From the IMG/VR virus record IMGVR_UViG_3300017922_000003, positions 1,340 to 65,339 of that record: a stretch of DNA of 64,000 nucleotides; one strand, 5' to 3'. Numbering within the stretch: position 1 is the first letter of the stretch; every line of letters starts with the position of its first letter. The DNA comes from a virus. Lineage: Duplodnaviria; Caudoviricetes. Both the position numbers and the translations under genes were made by a program. Under the pieces are notes generated by a model. It worked only from the letters and a program-made list of their open reading frames with translations, was not told the DNA's origin and did no database searches. Positions 26,571 to 34,400 of this stretch are shown here, piece after piece.

Positions 26571-26882
26571 GTGTCCAGAATGCTCGAATATTATCACCGG
26601 GTTGAAGCTATCCTGCATGTAATCGTTCATATGGGAGATGATGGCGAGATTCTTTGTCATCAATCTTTACTGTTTACCCAGATGAGGTTTTTCGATGACG
26701 GTTGCATTGTGTTTGGCGATGATGAATTTATCACTCACAAAAATGTTTTGACCGAATCGGAAAAGAAAATCGACAGAGACTTGCATCCCAAACTCATTTT
26801 AAAGAAACCACATATGAAACTTATGATCGAGTTTCTGGATAAAAAATCATTTGGCATCCTCAATAAATGGATTAAGGAGTGA
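26571..26882 (+). CDS. Hypothetical protein (103 aa)
   Basis: RBS GAGGTGA, GTG start, coupled to the next gene. Confidence 0.7.
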   Translation: MSRMLEYYHRVEAILHVIVHMGDDGEILCHQSLLFTQMRFFDDGCIVFGDDEFITHKNVLTESEKKIDRDLHPKLILKKPHMKLMIEFLDKKSFGILNKWIKE

Positions 26883-27475
26883 ATCTAATGCCCGTAACTG
26901 GTTCGGACGTAATTATATCGATAGATCAGACCATGATAGCAACGGCAACAAGTCTTAGTTATTCAGTTTCCAGAAGAAAATTGCCTGTCTATACATTTGG
27001 TAGTGTTGATCCCAAAGCTTTTGGCAGGGGGGTAAGGCTAATAAACGGAGTCTTAGATAATGTAGTAATAAGTGGAAAGAGTATCCAAAGGGTTCTCGAT
27101 GAGAAGATGAAGGAAATGGGACCCATCTTTATTTCAGATAAATCAGATCTCGTTCTTTACGAACAGGCACTTGCCAATATGTTTGGTGAGGATTTTCCTT
27201 TCAAGAAAGAAGAGATTCAGGATAATGAAGGCAATACATTTGCTATTAAAATGCCTTCTGCGGTCCATCTTGACCAACTGCTTCCTGTTGACATCATTAT
27301 GTTAGGCGCCAGTGAAAAAGGAAAGTTCGTAAAGACGGTTATCAACGGCGCTGAATTTACCACACACAGAACGACTATCTCGATGGATCAAACGACAATG
27401 GTAGAACGAGTTGAATTCATAGCACAATCAAACAAGCCCATGAGCGAACTTGATGTGGTAATGCCCAACGAATAA
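26879..27475 (+). CDS. Tail tube paralog 2
   Basis: Shares TGSD, YTFGSVDP.A.GRGVR.I.G, LD.L.PV, NG.EFT and ERV.FIA with the 25874 gene. Confidence 0.75.
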   Translation: MNLMPVTGSDVIISIDQTMIATATSLSYSVSRRKLPVYTFGSVDPKAFGRGVRLINGVLDNVVISGKSIQRVLDEKMKEMGPIFISDKSDLVLYEQALANMFGEDFPFKKEEIQDNEGNTFAIKMPSAVHLDQLLPVDIIMLGASEKGKFVKTVINGAEFTTHRTTISMDQTTMVERVEFIAQSNKPMSELDVVMPNE

Positions 27476-27486
27476 GGTGATTATAT

Positions 27487-28089
27487 ATGGATAGTACGCA
27501 GATACTATCTCCTTCAGACACATTAATTTACGTAGAAGTTTGGCCTAAGAAGCAACAGCTTTGGCTGGACACATTGCTTTCTATGTCTGTCAGCACGGAC
27601 ATGAGTATGAATCCTGTGTGGAATCTTGGCGAAAATTCTGTCGCTGGACATACAACAGGAAATTTAATAGTTGCCGGATCCCTTGTTTTTCCAAAGACAT
27701 CTGGTGCAACGTTCGAACATGTCTTAGCAAAGGCGAGAAGAGGATTTTTGTTGTCCGAAGACAGATTAAGCAAGGTAAAAGCAACCAATGATTTGAGAGT
27801 GGTTCAGGAACACGAGCTAAGTTCAGGCTCTCTTTTTGATATATATACCATTTCTCTAAGCGAACTTGATGATCCATCAAACGGCATACCAATGACTGTG
27901 TTTAAAGACGTGAGGATCATGCAGTCGGATGAACAAAGTCAATCGGGCAACACAATAAGTGCTGTTGCTTACAAATATATGGCTCGTAATATGTATCACC
28001 GTTCTACGCTGGGTGATGAAATGAGTTATGAATCCAGTAGCAATACAGGTTCATATCTGGAACGAAGAATAAAAGTGATAATGGGTTGA
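27487..28089 (+). CDS. Tube-fold protein (tube initiator-like)
   Basis: PVWNLG...TTGNLIVAGSL and YKYMAR motifs parallel the tube genes. Confidence 0.55.
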   Translation: MDSTQILSPSDTLIYVEVWPKKQQLWLDTLLSMSVSTDMSMNPVWNLGENSVAGHTTGNLIVAGSLVFPKTSGATFEHVLAKARRGFLLSEDRLSKVKATNDLRVVQEHELSSGSLFDIYTISLSELDDPSNGIPMTVFKDVRIMQSDEQSQSGNTISAVAYKYMARNMYHRSTLGDEMSYESSSNTGSYLERRIKVIMG

Positions 28090-28093
28090 TGAT

Positions 28094-28657
28094 ATGGAAC
28101 AGTGGCAGCTAGAAGAACTTAAAAATAATATGTATTTTTCCGGTAGCTCTATAAACCTGTACATTGGCGGAACGGAAAGCCAGCCATTTTCAGGCGTAGA
28201 ACTTTCCTGCTCTTATGTTCAATTTTCACCAAACCAGACCGTTCTGCCCGTTTATGGCATTTACTCATCCGAACCAACACTGTTCGGTCAGGGGAATTCC
28301 ATTGCCAGGGGTACAATAGGTTTTAATTTCACGCTTGCTACCTATCTAACTGGTCTGGCAAACGAGGAAGATGCTGAATATTATGAAGGCAGCAAGGCAA
28401 CATGGAAACAAAAAGTTACCGTTATGGACAACGGAAGCATATACGTGCCTATGTGGAAGATAGTTTTTGTTGGTAACACTATTCAGACTATGGCTGAAAC
28501 AGAAATTCCTGTTATCGTGCCAACCATAACGCTGTACGACACATTCTTTACCGGAGGTGTTGTTACAGGGGCTCCTGACGGCAATCCCGTGCAGGATATC
28601 TATCAATTTATGTCCAAATCATATAGACGAGACGATATAAAAACAGACGTGATATAA
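28094..28657 (+). CDS. Tube-fold protein (tube initiator-like)
   Basis: YFSGS, PVYGIYS...GQGNSIARGTI and G.PVQDIYQFM motifs. Confidence 0.55.
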   Translation: MEQWQLEELKNNMYFSGSSINLYIGGTESQPFSGVELSCSYVQFSPNQTVLPVYGIYSSEPTLFGQGNSIARGTIGFNFTLATYLTGLANEEDAEYYEGSKATWKQKVTVMDNGSIYVPMWKIVFVGNTIQTMAETEIPVIVPTITLYDTFFTGGVVTGAPDGNPVQDIYQFMSKSYRRDDIKTDVI

Positions 28658-28670
28658 CGGAGGTGTCATT

Positions 28671-29105
28671 GTGGCAGAAGAACAGGAAGTAAAACAAGGA
28701 CAGGAAGAAACGCAGGACTTTGATATGGAAGTAGATGCTAGCAAAATGATACAACAGGCAAACGAAACGGTCAAAAACGAAGCGTTGAATATTATCAAAG
28801 AAAAAGATCCTGAACTTGAGAATAAGATTAAGGAATTGAAGGAAGAGCACGGCGAGGTTTATCTGTACATATTCGATCCAGAACAGTTCTATATCTATAG
28901 ACCCGTTAAGCGAGGAGAGTATGTAAGAATAATGAGTCAAGCTGAGGACGAAGACGATACGCAGCTCTTACTTGTCAACTCATGTGTTCTCTATCCGAAG
29001 GTTCAGTTTGATGATTCTACAAAAGCCGGAACCATCGATGTGCTTGTTAACTTAATCATGTACGCGTCGAACTTCGCTTCAAACAATCCCGTGGTGAAAC
29101 TGTAA
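28671..29105 (+). CDS. Tail assembly chaperone
   Basis: LKEEHGEVY...YIYRP..R.EY...CVLYP...AG pattern; position between tube genes and tape-measure-like genes. Confidence 0.7.
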   Translation: MAEEQEVKQGQEETQDFDMEVDASKMIQQANETVKNEALNIIKEKDPELENKIKELKEEHGEVYLYIFDPEQFYIYRPVKRGEYVRIMSQAEDEDDTQLLLVNSCVLYPKVQFDDSTKAGTIDVLVNLIMYASNFASNNPVVKL

Positions 29106-29106
29106 G

Positions 29107-29784
29107 TTGAAGGATATTGCTTTAATATCCATTTTGATAAAGTACAAGGCCAAATATGGCAATGTGTACTTTGTTGAGCTGCCTGTCAACAACAAAAGTA
29201 TTTTGTATATTGCCCGTCCGCCCAGCGTGAACGAGGTAGAAAACTGGCAGGACACGGTTGACAATTTGGATCTAAACGATGTAGCAGCTTCGTCTGTGGT
29301 TGGTTATATGTGTTTTGAGGCAGCATACGAAAGAAAGAAGCCCCAAAACGGCAGCGAGTATTACGCAAAAATAAAAGATCCATACTTTGATGATTCCATC
29401 GCATATGATCTAGGCCTAACTGTCTTGGAACAAACTCCTATAACATTTGATGATATATCAAAGACACTGGAAGAGGAAACAAAACTTTCCGCTGCCGGAA
29501 TGGTTGCGTATGATATAGCTACGCTAACTGGACAGCCTATAGACGACCTAAAGGATATGTCAACCGAGGTTTTACTGAAACTGTACGATTTCATTATCAA
29601 GTCGACCGGTCAGGAAGATATCTTTAAACGCTTGCAGCTAGGCAATACTCAACCGCAAGCCGAACAACAACCACAACAAGAAGGTAAATTCAAACAGGAA
29701 GATTTAACGGAAAATTTCGAAAAGGTACAAAAGGAGTTTGAAAAGTTTTTGAGAGGTGATGATAGTGGACAACAAGATGATTGA
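29107..29784 (+). CDS. Second tail assembly chaperone-like protein
   Basis: N-terminus KAKYGNVY...YIARP...E resembles the previous gene; TTG start after GTGGTGA. Confidence 0.6.
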   Translation: MKDIALISILIKYKAKYGNVYFVELPVNNKSILYIARPPSVNEVENWQDTVDNLDLNDVAASSVVGYMCFEAAYERKKPQNGSEYYAKIKDPYFDDSIAYDLGLTVLEQTPITFDDISKTLEEETKLSAAGMVAYDIATLTGQPIDDLKDMSTEVLLKLYDFIIKSTGQEDIFKRLQLGNTQPQAEQQPQQEGKFKQEDLTENFEKVQKEFEKFLRGDDSGQQDD

Positions 29785-30055
29785 CTCTCTTTTGGAAAAC
29801 GCAGACGAAATTATGAATGCGCTTGAAGTGTTAAATGCTTGGGATCCACCAAAGTCAGGTTCCAAGAAACGAAAGGAAATGCCCAGAAGTTACTTCCTGG
29901 ATCCAAAAAATCGCAAGTATCCATACAAAAAGAATGGAAAGATCTCTTGCGAGGGTCTCAGAAGTGCAATAAGAGTGGCAGGATTACAGGGCGATACCAA
30001 GATCAAAAAGAAAGCTCAAAGATTATACGAAAAACATTGCAAGAAATCTAAGTAA
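29756..30055 (+). CDS. Small basic protein, possibly DUF6582-like
   Basis: RKEMPRSYFLDPKNRKYP...LRSA pattern resembles the R..LP.S.F..P..RKYP family seen near phage head genes. Confidence 0.55.
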   Translation: MMIVDNKMIDSLLENADEIMNALEVLNAWDPPKSGSKKRKEMPRSYFLDPKNRKYPYKKNGKISCEGLRSAIRVAGLQGDTKIKKKAQRLYEKHCKKSK

Positions 30056-30088
30056 TACTTTAAATAATTAAAATGCGGGTTCAAATAT

Positions 30089-30121
30089 TTGCACTTCCAC
30101 AGTGTTATATTTAATATTGAG
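30089..30121 (+). promoter_or_regulatory. Sigma70-like promoter overlapping a late-motif variant
   Basis: TTGCAC(30089)-17 bp-TAATAT(30112); also TGTTATATTTA-N5-GAG at 30103. Confidence 0.55.
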
Positions 30122-30145
30122 AACAATAAATTGGAGGTGCGATAT

Positions 30146-30223
30146 ATGATGGATGACTTCACTATGCTCGAACTCGCTAAAGCAAAAAACAAACAATTGC
30201 TGAAAGAATTAGGTATAGAGTGA
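30146..30223 (+). CDS. 25-aa peptide (MMDDFTMLELAKAKNKQLLKELGIE)
   Basis: RBS GGAGGTG, own promoter upstream and terminator downstream; below the ORF-track cutoff. Confidence 0.55.
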   Translation: MMDDFTMLELAKAKNKQLLKELGIE

Positions 30224-30239
30224 GCATATCATAGAGAAA

Positions 30240-30270
30240 GCGGCAGTCCTTTGAGGGCTGTCGTTTTTTT
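30240..30270 (+). terminator. Intrinsic terminator
   Basis: GCGGCAGTCCT-TTG-AGGGCTGTCGT then a T run. Confidence 0.8.
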
Positions 30271-30334
30271 GTTACCCGGCTCTCTTGCTCGACTTTAGCG
30301 CGGTCCACGACTGATCAAATATACGCATCACCCC

Positions 30335-30352
30335 TGTTATTTCTACCCTGAG
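30335..30352 (+). promoter_or_regulatory. Late promoter motif TGTTATTTCTA-N4-GAG
   Basis: Exact motif upstream of the 157-aa gene. Confidence 0.8.
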
Positions 30353-30377
30353 ATGAAATCACACAGGAGGTATAAAG

Positions 30378-30851
30378 ATGAAGTATGTTGTTTCTATTCT
30401 ACTTATTCTCTCGCTTGCTACACTTTCCTTTGGGTTTACTTTTACCGACATCGTCGACAATTTCTGGGGTAGAGCAATATTTGGGGGTTATTTTGCCTTC
30501 ATGGCCTATCAGATACTTGCACCCAACCCCGTTGTATTTGAAATACCACTCGGAAACACAATTGCAGGAATGAATGCCGGTCCATTTATTGTTGTGAACA
30601 GCAATGTTACCGACAAGTACAAAGACATTTATGTGGGTCATGAATATGAGCACCTTTGTCAACACGCCGTATTTGGCATGTGGGGACACGGTCCTTTTGT
30701 TATGTTTGAAGCTGCGAGACAGCATCTTACAGGTAACGACTGGTATCTAGATAACTGGTTCGAGGTACTTGCCAGAAGAGTTGGAGACTGGTCTGAAGAT
30801 GGATCGCTTGAAGTTAAATTTATACCTATTTTAACCATTGAGGGTGATTGA
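30378..30851 (+). CDS. Secreted/membrane HExxH zinc-metallopeptidase-like protein, paralog 1
   Basis: Signal peptide, hydrophobic segment, G.N.GPFIVV, HEYEH and DNWFE. Confidence 0.7.
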   Translation: MKYVVSILLILSLATLSFGFTFTDIVDNFWGRAIFGGYFAFMAYQILAPNPVVFEIPLGNTIAGMNAGPFIVVNSNVTDKYKDIYVGHEYEHLCQHAVFGMWGHGPFVMFEAARQHLTGNDWYLDNWFEVLARRVGDWSEDGSLEVKFIPILTIEGD

Positions 30852-31315
30852 TGATGAAAAAACTTTTATTGACAGCTATTGTTCTCAGTCTATGTGCAAC
30901 ATTCTTTGGATTTTCATTTACCGAACTTGTGGAGCATCCTCTTGGCAAAACGATTGTAGGGGGATATTACACTTTAATGGCATATCAGGTAATCAGTCCA
31001 TACCCACTTGTCATAAGATATCCCACCACACGTTGCTCCGGCATAAACTGGGGACCTTTTATTGTGGTTGACAGCGAAGCATCATATAGCTCGCAACTAA
31101 ATACAGTGGCACACGAAAGGGAACATCTATACCAGAACGCTGTTTGTAGTACAATCATATTCACTATTTTCTATACACTGGAGAGTGTCAAACAATGGTG
31201 TATAGGACACGATTATTATATGGACAACTGGTTCGAACGCCTTGCATATGACATCCAATGGCGCTACGCCAACGGTAAAGTGATCAATTATTTTACGGTA
31301 AGTTTGGAGTTCTAG
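30848..31315 (+). CDS. Secreted/membrane HExxH zinc-metallopeptidase-like protein, paralog 2
   Basis: Same architecture: signal peptide, GINWGPFIVV, HEREH and DNWFE. Confidence 0.7.
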   Translation: MMMKKLLLTAIVLSLCATFFGFSFTELVEHPLGKTIVGGYYTLMAYQVISPYPLVIRYPTTRCSGINWGPFIVVDSEASYSSQLNTVAHEREHLYQNAVCSTIIFTIFYTLESVKQWCIGHDYYMDNWFERLAYDIQWRYANGKVINYFTVSLEF

Positions 31316-31408
31316 GTACATTTAGTCTACCAGAGGTAAAAGTCCTCTTAGAACGCATCCTCGCAAGGATATGAGGGTATTCTGGGAACATATACGAGAA
31401 GTTTTGCA

Positions 31409-31440
31409 ACCCGTCGTTTAGCAGCGGCGGGTTTTGTTTT
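31409..31440 (+). terminator. Intrinsic terminator
   Basis: AACCCGTCGTT-TAGC-AGCGGCGGGTT then TTGTTTT. Confidence 0.75.
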
Positions 31441-31445
31441 GGGTA

Positions 31446-31462
31446 GTTATTTCTAAATCGAG
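31446..31462 (+). promoter_or_regulatory. Late promoter motif GTTATTTCTA-N4-GAG
   Basis: Lies between the terminator and the ATG at 31471. Confidence 0.75.
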
Positions 31463-31470
31463 GCGATGGC

Positions 31471-34400
31471 ATGAACCTTGACGAACTGAGAAAGTATGCA
31501 CAAGAGGCAGAACAAGTTCATGAAGAAGCGTCAAGCAATTTCAATCTTGGCGGTCTGTTGCTCGCAGGTACCGCTGCGCTTGCTATGGGAACTCCCGTTC
31601 GCAGCATGCTCAAACGTGTGGAATTCAGTGTATTTGGGTCTTTGCTCGAAACACGCTGGGGTCGGAAGTTACTTTCGAGGGCAGGTGTTGAAGCTTCTCA
31701 AAAAGGATTGGAACAAGCTTTTGGAACAATAGGCGGTAATTATTCAAAAGCAGGTTCCAGCATATTCTTGCGCTCTATTGAAAAGATGCCCGATATCACG
31801 TTGGGTGGATTTACCAGAGCAGCAGGAAAAAAGATACTTGGTGCGGATGCAATAAAAAAGATAGACGACTTTCCGCTCGATATAGGCGCTCTTTCTATGG
31901 AATCTTATCTCGCATTCAGGGTTGCCTCCACAGTTACCGGACAGCGCGATAACGATCAAGGTTACTTTAAATATGCTGCTACCATAGGACCTATGATTGC
32001 CGGTATGGCCTTCGGATATCGAAAGGCCGGCGACATGGTTCAGGAGGTTCTCAAACGAACAGGTTATGACGAGGTAATAGCAAAGGGACTCTCGAAAGTA
32101 AAGAAAGCCGGTTTGAAGGTAACTGCATTTAGAAAAGCGATACGTGAAGCGTCAAGTTCGGGCATAAGTCTGGGTAGGATTATAAAAGGCGCTCCGGGAG
32201 AATGGTCTAGGCTAAAGGGATTGTATCGCCAGTTTGCCGGCGAAATGGCAGAGGACGATATCGTTGAATCAACAGACAGTCTGAGACAGTTGATCAGCGT
32301 GGCAAGAAAATACAGTAGTCAGGTTGATTCTGCAGGCGATGAGGCAGGTAAGCTTTATGAAATGTTTGAACCTGCAGCGAGGGAGATAGAAGACCGTTTT
32401 CAGGTACGTTCGCCCGGACTGCTGAACGAACTGCTTGGATTGAAAACCCCTAGTGTTGAACAGATTATCAAGCAGGGAGACGTTATAAGCGAAGATAATG
32501 TTAAGGCATTGCGTAGATTCTCGAAGGTCTTCGGGGTTGATCTATCCAAGGTATCTGCTGGCGAGGGCATCTCAATGAGTAGGGCAGGATCGTTGTTGCC
32601 TATTGCTTCTGGCAGAAGACGAACACTGGATATGTTCTACAAAGCAGCAACGAGTTTCCATATACCATATCTGAATTTCAATCCACTTGCAATATTCCAA
32701 CCAAGACTGTTCAGAGAGTATGCAAGGCGTCCTGTTTACGGTGTTATGGACGCAAAAGAAGCTATCCCTTACATCATGGGTGGAAAATCCAAGAGTGGAA
32801 CGATCGGTGAATTTAGCTATGAATATCTCCAGAAGCTGGGTATTTTAAAGTCAGGCAAAGAAGCAGAAGGAGCCCTGTTAAAAGCCGCAACCCGTTCTCA
32901 GTTACATGTTTCTGGTGGCAGGTCGTTCCTTTCGGTTGATTTAAAAGACATCGAATCCTTCTTGGATACCGATCACGCAGGCAAACAGGCAAGGGATATG
33001 CTCGAAAATGCTCTAAACCGCAATCGCGGAAGGCTTGTTGTAGATGTTACAGAGCATTTTGGAGAGGGCTATCTGCTTCCAAAGAGTGATGTAGGCGGCG
33101 CATTCGCACGTTCATACTACATGCAGTCAGGCATGTTGCTGCCAGGCAGACAAGAAGCCGATATGAACTGGTGGCAAAGAGCCGATTTGCCCTTTACCAA
33201 CACCGAAAATATTGAAGAACCTATATTTAAACGATTTTATAAAAGTATAAAGAGATTTGTTGGCGGTTCAAAACTCAAAAGAGCTCTTGCTGCAGCTGGT
33301 GGGCATGCAGGAAAAACAACCGAACAGCGATTAAACAACCAATTCTGGGGAGCAAGAGAGATATACAAACTGTTCAGACAAATGGGAATTGGTGATATTC
33401 CCGAGGATGTCATACAGAAGATATCAAGAAACATCGGCGATGGACCTATAGAGTTTGGTGGTATAAAGAACACTCAGGACATAGTCAACTCGTTCTACAA
33501 CTATCTAAGAACGGTCCCACGCTTCAGAAGTGCTTCTGATGATGTTGCGAAACTGTTCAGAACTGTTGGTCCTACAGATTACGAGTGGCATATATATAGA
33601 GAACTCAAACATTTTAAACAAACAGGCATGGAGCCAAACAGAGAATGGCTTGACGCCATCATATCAAGTTCCGGAGAGTCCCGGCTGGATATTATGAAGC
33701 GTTCCGTAACCATGGGTCTTCTGCAGAATGTAGAAAACCCAGAACAGGTTATAAAAGGTATGGCCGGCTCATATAATAAAGGATTCATAGACAACCTGCT
33801 CAGCATGGCAGAATACGCAAAAAGGGAAAGAGCGGTTTACAGTGCTGCGATAGGTGAGATGAGTGCCAGTAAGGCGACCGAACAGATTCTTGATATGGGT
33901 GGAATTCAGCGTTTCTATGGAAGCATAAAGTCACGACCGTTCAGTCCAAGATGGTTCAAAAATGTGCGCATTATGACCGCTTACGAGCAGGTACCCGAGG
34001 AAAGGGCAAAGATTTCCAGCGCCAACGTTAACCTGTTTATTCGACGTACACAGGGTCCTTTCAGCACAAAGGAAGGCTTTGCCAAGCAACTGCTTCCTAC
34101 TACCGATACTCGAGCCAGCACAACAATACCCGGTGTACTAGGCTTTTACTTTGCCGACAGACCCGTTCAATTGCTCGAAGAAATAGGACTGGGAAGACCA
34201 TCTTACGATCGTCCAGGTGTTCTTATAAAACTTCTCAATCAGCTGGGGTTCAAACAGGCTGGTAAGTTCGTCGGACCAAATGCGCTGTACTCAATATCAT
34301 CTGTGATATTCAAACGTGTCATGCCGGTATTTTTTGCATATGAATTGTTCAAATATCTGGACTACAAGACAGAACAACTGATGGGAGAGAGCCCTTCAGA

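Noticed and set aside
29090-29110. Programmed -1 frameshift joining the two tail chaperones
   Set aside because: The downstream ORF is in the +1 frame, there is no XXXYYYZ heptamer, and it has its own SD-like GTGGTGA and a paralogous N-terminus.
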